From the NCBI RefSeq assembly GCF_024502345.1, contig NZ_JALDNN010000001.1: a DNA stretch of 64,000 nt; one strand, given 5' to 3'. Below are positions 49,861 through 61,155 of this stretch, one piece after another. A program made the translations under genes and the position numbers. This DNA is from Escherichia coli. GTDB lineage: Bacteria > Pseudomonadota > Gammaproteobacteria > Enterobacterales > Enterobacteriaceae. Below the pieces are notes generated by a model that saw only the letters and a program-made list of their open reading frames with translations, did no database searches and was not told the origin of the DNA. Position 1 is the stretch's first letter, and every line of letters starts with the position of its first letter.

Positions 49861-51525
49861 ATGTGTTCAATTTTTGGCGTATTCGATATCAAAACAGACG
49901 CAGTTGAGCTGCGTAAGAAAGCACTCGAGCTGTCACGCCTGATGCGTCATCGTGGCCCGGACTGGTCCGGTATTTATGCCAGCGATAACGCCATTCTCGC
50001 TCACGAACGTCTGTCAATTGTTGACGTTAACGCGGGGGCGCAACCTCTCTACAACCAACAAAAAACCCACGTACTGGCGGTAAACGGTGAAATCTACAAC
50101 CACCAGGCATTGCGCGCTGAATATGGCGATCGTTATCAGTTCCAGACAGGGTCTGACTGTGAAGTGATCCTCGCGCTGTATCAGGAAAAAGGGCCGGAAT
50201 TTCTCGACGACTTGCAGGGCATGTTTGCCTTTGCCCTGTACGACAGCGAAAAAGATGCCTACCTGATTGGTCGCGACCATCTGGGGATCATCCCACTGTA
50301 TATGGGCTATGACGAACACGGTCAGCTGTATGTGGCCTCAGAAATGAAAGCCCTGGTGCCAGTTTGCCGCACGATTAAAGAGTTCCCGGCGGGGAGCTAT
50401 TTGTGGAGTCAGGACGGCGAAATCCGTTCTTATTATCATCGCGACTGGTTCGACTACGATGCGGTGAAAGATAACGTGACCGACAAAAACGAGCTGCGTC
50501 AGGCACTGGAAGATTCCGTTAAAAGCCATCTGATGTCTGATGTGCCTTACGGTGTGCTGCTCTCGGGTGGTCTGGATTCCTCAATTATTTCCGCGATCAC
50601 CAAGAAATACGCCGCCCGTCGCGTGGAAGATCAGGAACGCTCTGAAGCCTGGTGGCCGCAATTACACTCCTTTGCTGTAGGTCTGCCGGGTTCACCGGAT
50701 CTGAAAGCAGCCCAGGAAGTGGCAAACCATCTGGGCACGGTGCATCACGAAATTCACTTCACTGTACAGGAAGGTCTGGATGCCATCCGCGACGTGATTT
50801 ACCACATCGAAACTTATGATGTGACCACAATTCGCGCTTCAACACCGATGTATTTAATGTCGCGTAAGATCAAGGCGATGGGCATTAAAATGGTGCTGTC
50901 CGGTGAAGGTTCTGATGAAGTGTTTGGCGGTTATCTTTACTTCCATAAAGCGCCCAACGCTAAAGAACTGCATGAAGAGACGGTGCGTAAACTGCTGGCC
51001 CTGCATATGTATGACTGCGCGCGCGCCAACAAAGCGATGTCCGCCTGGGGCGTGGAAGCGCGCGTTCCGTTCCTCGACAAAAAATTCCTTGATGTGGCGA
51101 TGCGTATTAACCCACAGGATAAAATGTGCGGCAACGGCAAAATGGAAAAACACATCCTGCGTGAATGTTTTGAAGCGTATCTGCCTGCAAGCGTGGCCTG
51201 GCGGCAGAAAGAGCAGTTCTCCGATGGCGTCGGTTACAGTTGGATCGACACTCTGAAAGAAGTGGCGGCGCAGCAGGTTTCTGATCAACAGCTGGAAACT
51301 GCCCGCTTCCGCTTCCCGTACAACACGCCGACGTCCAAAGAAGCGTATCTGTACCGGGAGATCTTTGAAGAACTGTTCCCACTTCCGAGCGCCGCTGAGT
51401 GCGTACCGGGCGGTCCTTCCGTCGCGTGTTCTTCAGCTAAAGCGATCGAATGGGATGAAGCGTTCAAAAAAATGGACGATCCATCTGGTCGTGCGGTTGG
51501 TGTTCACCAGTCGGCATATAAGTAA
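49861..51525 (+). CDS. asnB: asparagine synthetase B (glutamine-hydrolysing)
   Basis: ORF-track 581 aa trimmed to MCSIFGVFDIKTDAVELRKKALE (554 aa; N-terminal Cys nucleophile after Met); RBS GGAGAAGG upstream. Confidence 0.97.
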   Translation: MCSIFGVFDIKTDAVELRKKALELSRLMRHRGPDWSGIYASDNAILAHERLSIVDVNAGAQPLYNQQKTHVLAVNGEIYNHQALRAEYGDRYQFQTGSDCEVILALYQEKGPEFLDDLQGMFAFALYDSEKDAYLIGRDHLGIIPLYMGYDEHGQLYVASEMKALVPVCRTIKEFPAGSYLWSQDGEIRSYYHRDWFDYDAVKDNVTDKNELRQALEDSVKSHLMSDVPYGVLLSGGLDSSIISAITKKYAARRVEDQERSEAWWPQLHSFAVGLPGSPDLKAAQEVANHLGTVHHEIHFTVQEGLDAIRDVIYHIETYDVTTIRASTPMYLMSRKIKAMGIKMVLSGEGSDEVFGGYLYFHKAPNAKELHEETVRKLLALHMYDCARANKAMSAWGVEARVPFLDKKFLDVAMRINPQDKMCGNGKMEKHILRECFEAYLPASVAWRQKEQFSDGVGYSWIDTLKEVAAQQVSDQQLETARFRFPYNTPTSKEAYLYREIFEELFPLPSAAECVPGGPSVACSSAKAIEWDEAFKKMDDPSGRAVGVHQSAYK

Positions 51526-51532
51526 GAAATGC

Positions 51533-51565
51533 GAAACAGCCCCGGTGAAATCCGGGGCTGTTTCA
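51533..51565 (+). terminator. rho-independent terminator after asnB
   Basis: AAACAGCCCCGG-TGAAAT-CCGGGGCTGTTTCAATT: perfect 12-bp stem followed by a T-containing tail. Confidence 0.8.
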
Positions 51566-51836
51566 ATTATTGAGGTGCCTGTTGATTCTGATATGCAGTA
51601 AGGAAATGTTCCGGGTTTGCCACATCACTGTTTGACAACTCATCACTGTAGGCCAGTATTTCATAGATTAATTTCCCACCACTATTGTTGAATTCCGAAT
51701 TTCATCCTGTATGACAAAAGAATGGCTGTAGGGTGGGGAAAAAACACAAAGTAAACAATAATTGACGAATATAGCGCCACGCTGTTCGCAACCTAACCAA
51801 ACAGTCACTTTCGAGCAATTTTCCTTGAAAAAGAGG

Positions 51837-51866
51837 TTGACGCTGCAAGGCTCTATACGCATAATG
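51837..51866 (+). promoter_or_regulatory. sigma70 promoter of the tRNA operon (stringent-type)
   Basis: TTGACG (-35), 17-bp spacer, CATAAT (-10) followed by GC-rich discriminator GCGCCCC, about 40 nt upstream of the first tRNA. Confidence 0.6.
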
Positions 51867-51905
51867 CGCCCCGCAACGCCGATAAGGTATCGCGAAAAAA
51901 AAGAT

Positions 51906-51982
51906 GGCTACGTAGCTCAGTTGGTTAGAGCACATCACTCATAATGATGGGGTCACAGGTTCGAATCCCGTCGTAGCCACCA
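51906..51982 (+). tRNA. metT: tRNA-Met (elongator, anticodon CAU)
   Basis: GGCTACGTAGCTCAGTTGGTTAGAGC...CTCATAA...GGTTCGAATCC...GTAGCCACCA; cloverleaf elements and encoded CCA. Confidence 0.95.
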
Positions 51983-51991
51983 TCTTTTTTT

Positions 51992-52076
51992 GCGGGAGTG
52001 GCGAAATTGGTAGACGCACCAGATTTAGGTTCTGGCGCCGCAAGGTGTGCGAGTTCAAGTCTCGCCTCCCGCACCA
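51992..52076 (+). tRNA. leuW: tRNA-Leu (anticodon UAG)
   Basis: GCGGGAGTGGCGAAATTGGTAGACGC...TTTAGG...long variable arm...GAGTTCAAGTCTCGCCTCCCGCACCA. Confidence 0.95.
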
Positions 52077-52099
52077 TTCACCAGAAAGCGTTGTACGGA

Positions 52100-52174
52100 T
52101 GGGGTATCGCCAAGCGGTAAGGCACCGGTTTTTGATACCGGCATTCCCTGGTTCGAATCCAGGTACCCCAGCCA
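52100..52174 (+). tRNA. glnU: tRNA-Gln (anticodon UUG)
   Basis: TGGGGTATCGCCAAGCGGTAAGGCACCGGTTTTTGATACCGG...GGTTCGAATCCAGGTACCCCAGCCA. Confidence 0.93.
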
Positions 52175-52208
52175 TCTTCTTCGAGTAAGCGGTTCACCGC
52201 CCGGTTAT

Positions 52209-52283
52209 TGGGGTATCGCCAAGCGGTAAGGCACCGGTTTTTGATACCGGCATTCCCTGGTTCGAATCCAGGTACCCCAGCCA
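52209..52283 (+). tRNA. glnW: tRNA-Gln (anticodon UUG)
   Basis: Identical copy of the 52100..52174 tRNA-Gln(UUG) sequence. Confidence 0.93.
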
Positions 52284-52298
52284 TCGAAGAAACAATCT

Positions 52299-52375
52299 GG
52301 CTACGTAGCTCAGTTGGTTAGAGCACATCACTCATAATGATGGGGTCACAGGTTCGAATCCCGTCGTAGCCACCA
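52299..52375 (+). tRNA. metU: tRNA-Met (elongator, anticodon CAU)
   Basis: Identical copy of the 51906..51982 tRNA-Met sequence. Confidence 0.95.
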
Positions 52376-52423
52376 AATTCTGAATGTGTCGAATACGTTC
52401 GGCAAATTCAAAAACCAATTTGT

Positions 52424-52498
52424 TGGGGTATCGCCAAGCGGTAAGGCACCGGATTCTGATTCCGGCATTCCGAGGTTCGAATCCTCGTACCCCAGCCA
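52424..52498 (+). tRNA. glnV: tRNA-Gln (anticodon CUG)
   Basis: TGGGGTATCGCCAAGCGGTAAGGCACCGGATTCTGATTCCGG...GGTTCGAATCCTCGTACCCCAGCCA. Confidence 0.93.
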
Positions 52499-52535
52499 AT
52501 TTATTCAAGACGCTTACATCGTAAGTGCACCCAGT

Positions 52536-52610
52536 TGGGGTATCGCCAAGCGGTAAGGCACCGGATTCTGATTCCGGCATTCCGAGGTTCGAATCCTCGT
52601 ACCCCAGCCA
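52536..52610 (+). tRNA. glnX: tRNA-Gln (anticodon CUG)
   Basis: Identical copy of the 52424..52498 tRNA-Gln(CUG) sequence. Confidence 0.93.
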
Positions 52611-52614
52611 CATT

Positions 52615-52650
52615 AAAAAAGCTCGCTTCGGCGAGCTTTTTGCTTTTCTG
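52615..52650 (+). terminator. rho-independent terminator of the tRNA operon
   Basis: AAAAAAGCTCGC-TTCG-GCGAGCTTTTTGCTTTT: GNRA-like tetraloop hairpin plus T-run. Confidence 0.85.
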
Positions 52651-52654
52651 CGTT

Positions 52655-52755
52655 CATTCAATGTCGAATGCGATGTTGACACGTCTTATCCTTCAATGTC
52701 GGATGCGACGCTGCCGCGTCTTATCCGACCTACGGTTGGCACGCATCCGGCAATG
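52655..52755. repeat. REP-like palindromes between tRNA operon and ubiF
   Basis: TGTCGAATGCGATGTTGACACGTCTTATCC and TGTCGGATGCGACGCTGCCGCGTCTTATCCGACCTAC repeated units. Confidence 0.6.
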
Positions 52756-52763
52756 TTGTAAGG

Positions 52764-53939
52764 CTACAACCCTAACGCATATTTCAGCGCCTGACGTTTC
52801 AACACGCCAGCACGCTCTGCCGCCATTAACCCGAGATTACGCACAAAACGCAGCGGCGGCAGATTATTACTGAATCCGGCATAAAACAGATCCATACCAC
52901 TTTGCATAATGAAGTTATCCGCCATGCGCCGCATCTGGTAACGCTTGAGGACAGGATAACTGGCCCACGCTTCACCGTAGCTGCGGGCATTCACCAGAAC
53001 ATCAATCAGGGCATCGACATCACGATAACCAAGATTCACCCCCTGCCCCGCCAGCGGATGGATGGTATGCGCGGCATCGCCCACCAGCGCAAGCCCCGGC
53101 TGCACATACTGCAACGCATGTCGGCGCGTCAGCGGAAACGCACCAGCGGCAAGCGGTGTAACGTAACCCAGACGCGACGGGAAATGCTTCGCGATTTCCG
53201 CCTGGAGTTGCGCCATATTCATATTCTGCAACTGGCGAATACGCACCGGAGAGTCATACCACACCAGCGATGCCCAGTTATCAAACAACGGCAGAAACGC
53301 ACGCGGTCCGTCCGGGGTAAATTGCTGCCAGGTGCTGTCGCCGGGATCGTTCTCACACTGTACGCTAATCAACATACACGACTGCGCATACTGCCAGGCA
53401 TGAACGCCAATTCCCGCCATCTGCCGCACCTGCGAATTTGCTCCGTCAGCACCAATCACCAGCTTCGCGCGAATCACTTCACCGCCCTTCAGTTCCAGCT
53501 CCTGAAGATCATTATCTCGATGTAATGCAATCAGCGAGCCTAGCACACGTAACGTTACTTTCGGATGAGCTTCCAGCGCCTGCCACAATGCCTGTTGCAG
53601 GACGGTGTTTTCCACCATATAGCCAAGCAGCGGCAGCTTAAGTTCAGCGGCGTCAAACATCACATGCGCCGTTTCCCACTCCCACGTTTCCAGTCTGCGG
53701 TAAGGATGGCAACGCATAGCCTGTACTGCATCCCAGACCCCTAACCCTTTAAGCAATGATACCGATGCGGCGCTGATCGCCGAGATCCGCACGTCCGGTT
53801 GGCTATCAGCGACAAACGGTGCAGGTTCTGCGTGCTCGATCACCGTTACCGAAAATCCGTGCTGTGCCAGCCCCAGCGCCAGTGCGCCGCCGACCATTCC
53901 TCCGCCGACAATGGCAATTTCCGTTGGTTGATTTGTCAT
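52764..53939 (-). CDS. ubiF: 3-demethoxyubiquinol 3-hydroxylase (FAD-dependent monooxygenase)
   Basis: ORF-track 393 aa; likely start MTNQPTEIAIVGGGMVGGALALGLAQHGF (391 aa); FAD GxGxxG and DAAH motif. Confidence 0.93.
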   Translation of the reverse strand: MTNQPTEIAIVGGGMVGGALALGLAQHGFSVTVIEHAEPAPFVADSQPDVRISAISAASVSLLKGLGVWDAVQAMRCHPYRRLETWEWETAHVMFDAAELKLPLLGYMVENTVLQQALWQALEAHPKVTLRVLGSLIALHRDNDLQELELKGGEVIRAKLVIGADGANSQVRQMAGIGVHAWQYAQSCMLISVQCENDPGDSTWQQFTPDGPRAFLPLFDNWASLVWYDSPVRIRQLQNMNMAQLQAEIAKHFPSRLGYVTPLAAGAFPLTRRHALQYVQPGLALVGDAAHTIHPLAGQGVNLGYRDVDALIDVLVNARSYGEAWASYPVLKRYQMRRMADNFIMQSGMDLFYAGFSNNLPPLRFVRNLGLMAAERAGVLKRQALKYALGL

Positions 53940-54084
53940 GGTCAATCATCCTGTTAGCAATATGCTTTAAGTTTACAGGATTTTTACCCCCAAGGGCTGA
54001 TAACGCTCATACTGGTCACAACGGCAGCAAAGCATTACACTATGCGCCCTGCATTCCTGGCTACTATTTCGCAAGAGCAAGTCG

Positions 54085-55509
54085 ATGACCAAAAAACTCC
54101 ATATTAAAACCTGGGGCTGTCAGATGAACGAGTACGATTCATCGAAGATGGCCGATCTGCTGGATGCCACCCACGGCTATCAACTGACCGACGTGGCGGA
54201 AGAAGCGGATGTGCTGCTGCTGAACACCTGCTCAATCCGCGAGAAGGCTCAGGAAAAAGTCTTCCATCAGTTGGGTCGCTGGAAACTGTTAAAAGAGAAG
54301 AATCCAGACCTGATTATCGGCGTCGGTGGCTGCGTGGCATCGCAAGAAGGCGAGCACATTCGCCAGCGCGCCCACTATGTCGATATTATTTTTGGGCCGC
54401 AAACGCTGCACCGTCTGCCGGAGATGATCAACTCCGTGCGCGGCGACCGCAGCCCGGTTGTAGATATCAGCTTCCCGGAAATCGAGAAGTTTGACCGTCT
54501 GCCGGAACCGCGCGCCGAAGGGCCGACCGCGTTTGTCTCCATCATGGAAGGCTGCAATAAATATTGCACCTACTGCGTGGTGCCTTACACCCGTGGTGAA
54601 GAGGTAAGCCGTCCGTCCGACGATATTCTGTTTGAGATCGCCCAGCTTGCGGCTCAGGGCGTGCGTGAAGTCAACCTGCTCGGTCAGAATGTGAATGCCT
54701 GGCGTGGTGAGAACTACGACGGCACCACCGGATCGTTTGCCGATCTGTTGCGTCTGGTTGCTGCGATCGACGGGATCGATCGTATTCGCTTTACCACCAG
54801 CCATCCGATCGAATTCACCGACGATATCATCGAAGTGTATCGCGACACGCCGGAGCTGGTGAGCTTCCTGCATCTGCCGGTACAGAGCGGTTCCGATCGC
54901 ATTCTGAACCTGATGGGACGTACCCATACGGCGCTGGAGTACAAAGCGATCATCCGTAAACTGCGTGCGGCGCGTCCGGATATTCAGATCAGTTCTGACT
55001 TCATTGTTGGCTTCCCTGGCGAAACCACCGAAGACTTCGAGAAAACGATGAAGCTGATTGCCGACGTCAATTTCGACATGAGCTACAGCTTTATCTTCTC
55101 TGCACGTCCGGGTACACCAGCCGCCGATATGGTTGATGATGTTCCGGAAGAAGAGAAGAAGCAGCGTCTGTATATTCTGCAAGAGCGCATTAATCAGCAA
55201 GCGATGGCATGGAGCCGCCGGATGCTCGGCACCACCCAGCGTATTCTGGTAGAAGGGACTTCGCGTAAGAGCATCATGGAGCTTTCCGGGCGTACCGAAA
55301 ATAACCGCGTGGTCAACTTCGAGGGCACACCGGATATGATCGGTAAATTCGTCGATGTAGAAATTACCGACGTCTACCCGAACTCTCTGCGCGGTAAAGT
55401 GGTGCGTACTGAAGATGAAATGGGTCTGCGCGTGGCAGAAACACCGGAATCGGTGATTGCCCGTACCCGCAAAGAAAACGACCTTGGCGTGGGTTATTAT
55501 CAGCCGTAA
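54085..55509 (+). CDS. miaB: tRNA-i6A37 methylthiotransferase (radical SAM)
   Basis: 474-aa [29 protein letters not shown]...; radical-SAM CxxxCxxC (CNKYCTYC) and TRAM domain. Confidence 0.97.
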
Positions 55510-55513
55510 TTCT

Positions 55514-55548
55514 CAGGCCCGCCGTTCCGGTGGGCCTTGTTTTTTCTC
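55514..55548 (+). terminator. putative rho-independent terminator after miaB
   Basis: AGGCCC-GCCGTTCCGGT-GGGCCT followed by TGTTTTTTCTC. Confidence 0.55.
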
Positions 55549-55622
55549 TCTTTATCCCCATCTTTATCGCAATGCTTGCGCCTTTTTCCTGTGGCGTGAA
55601 TAATTTCCTTATAGGCCGGTGA

Positions 55623-56702
55623 ATGTTCAGCTTCCGGCGGCATACAGATAAGAGGAACGGTTTGAACATAGACACTCGCGAAATCACCCTGGAGCCAGCA
55701 GACAACGCGCGTCTGTTGAGCCTGTGCGGCCCGTTTGATGACAACATCAAGCAGCTCGAACGCCGTCTCGGCATCGAGATCAATCGCCGCGACAACCACT
55801 TTAAACTGACCGGCCGTCCGATTTGCGTCACCGCTGCGGCAGACATTCTGCGTAGCCTGTATGTCGATACAGCCCCGATGCGCGGTCAGATTCAGGATAT
55901 CGAACCGGAACAGATCCACCTTGCGATTAAAGAAGCGCGAGTACTGGAGCAAAGTGCGGAGAGCGTGCCGGAGTACGGCAAAGCGGTCAATATCAAAACC
56001 AAACGCGGCGTAATTAAGCCGCGCACGCCAAACCAGGCGCAGTACATCGCCAATATTCTCGACCATGACATTACCTTCGGCGTTGGCCCGGCGGGTACGG
56101 GTAAAACCTACCTGGCAGTGGCTGCGGCAGTTGATGCCCTGGAGCGTCAGGAGATTCGCCGTATTCTGCTGACTCGTCCGGCGGTCGAAGCCGGTGAGAA
56201 ACTGGGCTTCCTGCCTGGCGATTTAAGCCAGAAAGTAGACCCGTATCTGCGCCCGCTGTACGACGCGCTGTTTGAAATGCTGGGCTTTGAGAAAGTTGAG
56301 AAACTGATTGAGCGCAACGTTATTGAAGTCGCGCCGCTGGCCTATATGCGTGGTCGTACGCTGAACGACGCGTTTATCATTCTCGATGAGAGCCAGAACA
56401 CCACCATCGAACAGATGAAGATGTTCCTGACCCGTATCGGTTTTAACTCAAAAGCGGTTATCACCGGCGACGTCACACAGATCGACCTGCCGCGTAATAC
56501 TAAATCAGGCTTACGTCACGCCATCGAAGTGCTGGCCGATGTCGAAGAGATCAGCTTTAACTTCTTCCACAGCGAAGACGTGGTTCGTCACCCTGTGGTG
56601 GCGCGTATCGTTAACGCCTATGAAGCCTGGGAAGAAGCAGAACAAAAACGTAAAGCGGCGCTGGCAGCAGAACGAAAGCGCGAAGAACAGGAACAAAAAT
56701 GA
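55623..56702 (+). CDS. ybeZ: PhoH-like ATPase
   Basis: 359-aa ATG ORF; the accepted start may be the internal TTG at about 55662 ([15 protein letters not shown], 346 aa); Walker A GPAGTGKT. Confidence 0.93.
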
Positions 56703-57166
56703 GTCAGGTGATCCTCGATTTACAACTGGCATGTGAAGATAATTCCGGGTTACCGGAAGAGAGCCAGTTTCAGACATGGCTGAATGCGGTGATCCCGCAG
56801 TTTCAGGAAGAGTCGGAAGTGACGATTCGCGTGGTCGATACCGCCGAAAGCCACAGTCTGAATCTGACCTATCGCGGTAAGGATAAGCCGACCAACGTGC
56901 TCTCCTTCCCGTTTGAAGTGCCGCCTGGCATGGAAATGTCGCTACTGGGCGATCTGGTTATCTGCCGTCAGGTGGTTGAGAAGGAAGCTCAGGAGCAAGG
57001 CAAACCACTGGAGGCGCACTGGGCGCATATGGTGGTGCACGGCAGTCTGCATTTGTTAGGTTACGATCACATCGAAGATGACGAAGCAGAAGAAATGGAA
57101 GCCCTCGAAACAGAGATTATGCTTGCTCTGGGCTATGAGGATCCGTACATTGCCGAGAAAGAATAA
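56699..57166 (+). CDS. ybeY: endoribonuclease YbeY (16S rRNA 3'-end maturation)
   Basis: 155-aa [25 protein letters not shown]... with [11 protein letters not shown] zinc-binding motif; ATG overlaps ybeZ stop. Confidence 0.97.
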
Positions 57167-57255
57167 TTTGCCAGGCATTTGACTGGCAGACGTCCCCGCC
57201 GTTGGTGATTAACGACGGCGTTTTGATTAACTAACATGAGAACCCATACGACGCC

Positions 57256-58134
57256 ATGAGCGACGACAATTCACACAGTAGTGACACGATAAGCAACAAG
57301 AAGGGATTTTTCTCCCTGTTACTCAGCCAACTTTTCCACGGTGAACCGAAAAACCGTGACGAACTGCTGGCGCTGATCCGTGATTCCGGGCAGAACGACC
57401 TTATCGACGAAGATACGCGCGATATGCTCGAAGGGGTGATGGACATCGCAGACCAACGCGTTCGCGACATCATGATCCCCCGCTCCCAGATGATTACCCT
57501 GAAACGCAACCAGACGCTGGACGAATGCCTTGATGTCATCATCGAGTCCGCCCACTCACGTTTCCCGGTGATTAGCGAAGACAAAGATCACATTGAAGGG
57601 ATTCTGATGGCGAAAGACTTGCTGCCGTTTATGCGCAGCGATGCTGAAGCCTTCAGCATGGACAAAGTGTTACGTCAGGCGGTTGTCGTTCCTGAAAGTA
57701 AGCGCGTAGACCGGATGCTGAAAGAGTTTCGCTCTCAGCGTTACCACATGGCGATCGTCATTGACGAATTCGGTGGGGTTTCCGGTCTGGTGACCATTGA
57801 AGACATCCTGGAACTGATTGTTGGTGAGATTGAAGACGAATATGACGAAGAAGATGATATCGACTTCCGTCAGCTGAGTCGTCATACCTGGACCGTGCGC
57901 GCGCTGGCTTCCATTGAAGACTTCAACGAAGCGTTCGGCACCCACTTTAGCGATGAAGAGGTCGACACTATCGGTGGTCTGGTGATGCAGGCGTTTGGGC
58001 ATCTTCCAGCGCGTGGTGAAACCATCGACATCGACGGTTACCAGTTCAAAGTGGCGATGGCCGACAGTCGGCGTATTATTCAGGTTCATGTCAAAATCCC
58101 GGATGACTCACCCCAGCCAAAGCTGGATGAATAA
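57256..58134 (+). CDS. corC: Mg2+/Co2+ efflux-associated protein (CBS-pair plus CorC_HlyC domain)
   Basis: 292-aa [41 protein letters not shown]...; formerly ybeX. Confidence 0.96.
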   Translation: MSDDNSHSSDTISNKKGFFSLLLSQLFHGEPKNRDELLALIRDSGQNDLIDEDTRDMLEGVMDIADQRVRDIMIPRSQMITLKRNQTLDECLDVIIESAHSRFPVISEDKDHIEGILMAKDLLPFMRSDAEAFSMDKVLRQAVVVPESKRVDRMLKEFRSQRYHMAIVIDEFGGVSGLVTIEDILELIVGEIEDEYDEEDDIDFRQLSRHTWTVRALASIEDFNEAFGTHFSDEEVDTIGGLVMQAFGHLPARGETIDIDGYQFKVAMADSRRIIQVHVKIPDDSPQPKLDE

Positions 58135-58158
58135 AACCGAAACTGGATAGATAACTAC

Positions 58159-59697
58159 ATGGCTTTTGCCTCATTAATTGAACGCCAGCGCATTCGCCTG
58201 CTGCTGGCGTTATTATTCGGTGCCTGCGGAACGCTGGCCTTCTCTCCTTACGACGTCTGGCCTGCGGCGATTATTTCGCTGATGGGGCTTCAGGCGTTGA
58301 CCTTTAACCGTCGCCCACTCCAGTCTGCCGCTATTGGCTTTTGCTGGGGATTTGGCCTCTTTGGCAGCGGTATTAACTGGGTCTATGTCAGCATCGCGAC
58401 CTTTGGCGGGATGCCTGGCCCGGTTAACATCTTCCTGGTGGTGCTGCTGGCGGCGTATTTGTCGCTGTATACCGGACTGTTTGCTGGCGTGCTGTCGCGT
58501 CTGTGGCCGAAAACCACCTGGCTGCGCGTGGCGATTGCCGCCCCTTCTCTCTGGCAAGTGACCGAGTTTCTGCGCGGTTGGGTACTGACAGGCTTCCCGT
58601 GGTTACAGTTCGGCTATAGCCAGATTGATGGCCCGTTAAAAGGGCTGGCACCGATAATGGGCGTGGAAGCCATTAACTTCCTGCTGATGATGGTTAGTGG
58701 CCTGCTGGCACTGGCGTTGGTTAAACGCAACTGGCGTCCGCTGGTGGTGGCCGTCGTGCTGTTTGCCCTACCCTTCCCGCTGCGTTACATCCAATGGTTT
58801 ACCCCGCAACCGGAGAAAACCATTCAGGTTTCGATGGTTCAGGGCGATATTCCGCAATCACTGAAATGGGATGGAGATCAGCTTCTTAATACGCTGAAGA
58901 TTTACTACAACGCAACGGCTCCGCTGATGGGCAAATCATCGTTGATTATCTGGCCGGAGTCGGCGATAACCGATCTGGAAATTAATCAGCAACCGTTCCT
59001 CAAAGCACTGGACGGTGAGTTGCGCGATAAAGGTAGCTCGCTGGTAACCGGGATTGTCGACGCGCGTCTCAATAAGCAGAACCGCTACGATACCTACAAC
59101 ACCATCATCACACTGGGTAAAGGTGCACCGTACAGCTACGAATCAGCCGATCGCTATAACAAAAACCATCTGGTGCCGTTTGGCGAGTTTGTCCCGCTGG
59201 AGTCGATTCTGCGTCCGTTAGCACCGTTCTTTGATCTGCCGATGTCGTCGTTCAGCCGTGGGCCATATATCCAGCCGCCGCTGTCAGTAAATGGTATTGA
59301 GCTTACTGCGGCTATTTGCTACGAGATCATTCTCGGCGAGCAAGTGCGCGATAACTTCCGCCCGGATACCGACTATCTGCTGACTATCTCCAACGATGCG
59401 TGGTTTGGTAAATCTATTGGTCCATGGCAACACTTCCAGATGGCGCGAATGCGTGCGCTGGAGCTGGCGCGCCCACTGTTGCGCAGCACCAACAACGGCA
59501 TTACGGCGGTGATTGGCCCGCAGGGTGAGATTCAGGCGATGATCCCGCAGTTCACCCGCGAGGTGTTAACCACTAATGTGACACCGACCACCGGACTCAC
59601 ACCGTATGCACGTACCGGCAACTGGCCACTGTGGGTGCTGACGGCACTGTTTGGTTTTGCCGCTGTGTTGATGAGTCTGCGTCAGCGACGTAAATAA
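58159..59697 (+). CDS. lnt: apolipoprotein N-acyltransferase
   Basis: 512-aa [40 protein letters not shown]...; N-terminal TM region plus nitrilase-like CN-hydrolase domain. Confidence 0.97.
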   Translation: MAFASLIERQRIRLLLALLFGACGTLAFSPYDVWPAAIISLMGLQALTFNRRPLQSAAIGFCWGFGLFGSGINWVYVSIATFGGMPGPVNIFLVVLLAAYLSLYTGLFAGVLSRLWPKTTWLRVAIAAPSLWQVTEFLRGWVLTGFPWLQFGYSQIDGPLKGLAPIMGVEAINFLLMMVSGLLALALVKRNWRPLVVAVVLFALPFPLRYIQWFTPQPEKTIQVSMVQGDIPQSLKWDGDQLLNTLKIYYNATAPLMGKSSLIIWPESAITDLEINQQPFLKALDGELRDKGSSLVTGIVDARLNKQNRYDTYNTIITLGKGAPYSYESADRYNKNHLVPFGEFVPLESILRPLAPFFDLPMSSFSRGPYIQPPLSVNGIELTAAICYEIILGEQVRDNFRPDTDYLLTISNDAWFGKSIGPWQHFQMARMRALELARPLLRSTNNGITAVIGPQGEIQAMIPQFTREVLTTNVTPTTGLTPYARTGNWPLWVLTALFGFAAVLMSLRQRRK

Positions 59698-60093
59698 TCC
59701 CTTCTTAGCGTGCCGGAATACATCCCATATTTCGGCACGCTCACCGGATGCGGCATCAGTGCGTTATCCGGATAACAATATTCTCCTATCCAACTTTGGC
59801 ACATCTATTGCTTTGTTATACAAGGCAAAGCTTGAACCAGCATCAGTACAACCCGGTTGCACCACAGCAATCCACCGGTAGCACCAAAAGAGTGCATTTT
59901 AAGAATTTTGCTTCGGAATGGTGCGGCGCACCTCCCAAATATAAACAATAAAACAGCAATATCTTTACATTTAGCCAAACTAAATGTTACCTAACAGGTA
60001 CAACACTGCACAATAAAGTTGCAGATGATAACAACACAAACACTCACAACGGGTATCCATGCGTTCTTAACGCAGAAGATAAAGGAGTTGGAT

Positions 60094-61002
60094 ATGCAAT
60101 TACGTAAACCTGCCACAGCAATCCTGGCCCTGGCGCTTTCCGCAGGACTGGCACAGGCAGATGACGCAGCCCCGGCAGCGGGCAGTACGCTGGACAAAAT
60201 CGCCAAAAACGGTGTGATTGTCGTCGGTCACCGTGAATCTTCAGTACCTTTCTCTTATTACGACAATCAGCAAAAAGTGGTGGGTTACTCGCAGGATTAC
60301 TCCAACGCCATTGTTAAAGCAGTGAAAAAGAAACTCAACAAACCGGATTTGCAGGTAAAACTGATTCCGATTACCTCACAAAACCGTATTCCGCTGCTGC
60401 AAAACGGCACTTTTGATTTTGAATGTGGTTCTACCACCAACAACGTCGAACGCCAAAAACAGGCGGCTTTCTCTGACACTATTTTCGTGGTCGGTACGCG
60501 CCTGTTGACCAAAAAGGGTGGCGATATCAAAGACTTCGCCGATCTGAAAGGCAAAGCCGTAGTCGTCACTTCCGGCACTACCTCTGAAGTTTTGCTCAAC
60601 AAACTGAATGAAGAGCAAAAAATGAATATGCGAATTATCAGCGCCAAAGATCACGGTGACTCTTTCCGTACCCTGGAAAGCGGTCGTGCCGTTGCCTTTA
60701 TGATGGATGATGCTCTGCTGGCCGGTGAACGTGCGAAAGCGAAGAAACCAGACAACTGGGATATCGTCGGCAAGCCGCAGTCTCAGGAAGCCTATGGTTG
60801 CATGTTGCGTAAAGACGATCCGCAGTTCAAAAAGCTGATGGATGACACTATCGCTCAGGTGCAGACCTCCGGTGAAGCGGAAAAATGGTTTGATAAATGG
60901 TTCAAAAATCCCATTCCGCCGAAAAACCTGAACATGAATTTCGAACTGTCAGACGAAATGAAAGCACTGTTCAAAGAACCGAATGACAAAGCACTGAACT
61001 AA
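60094..61002 (+). CDS. gltI: glutamate/aspartate ABC transporter periplasmic binding protein
   Basis: ORF-track 327 aa trimmed to MQLRKPATAILALALSAGLAQA (302 aa) with AAGGAG RBS 6 nt upstream. Confidence 0.96.
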   Translation: MQLRKPATAILALALSAGLAQADDAAPAAGSTLDKIAKNGVIVVGHRESSVPFSYYDNQQKVVGYSQDYSNAIVKAVKKKLNKPDLQVKLIPITSQNRIPLLQNGTFDFECGSTTNNVERQKQAAFSDTIFVVGTRLLTKKGGDIKDFADLKGKAVVVTSGTTSEVLLNKLNEEQKMNMRIISAKDHGDSFRTLESGRAVAFMMDDALLAGERAKAKKPDNWDIVGKPQSQEAYGCMLRKDDPQFKKLMDDTIAQVQTSGEAEKWFDKWFKNPIPPKNLNMNFELSDEMKALFKEPNDKALN

Positions 61003-61004
61003 TT

Positions 61005-61155
61005 ACAAGAACCAGGGGCGGAAATTCTAGCCCTCTCGATTGTTACGTAGCACGGACAGACTATACGCCTGATGGTCGTTCCCCATCGGGCCTGAAAACC
61101 GCAATACGCTGGGTAACAATCTTCGAGGGTAGCAGTTAACGCTGCTACCCTCTTT
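61005..61155 (+). ncRNA. sroC: SroC sRNA region (gltI 3' UTR / gltI-gltJ spacer derived)
   Basis: Non-coding 169-nt spacer ending in a strong terminator hairpin; in E. coli and Salmonella the GcvB-sponge sRNA SroC is processed from this position of the gltIJKL transcript. Boundaries approximate. Confidence 0.5.

Noticed and set aside
54289-55200. 303-aa ORF antisense to miaB
   Set aside because: Shadow ORF opposite miaB.
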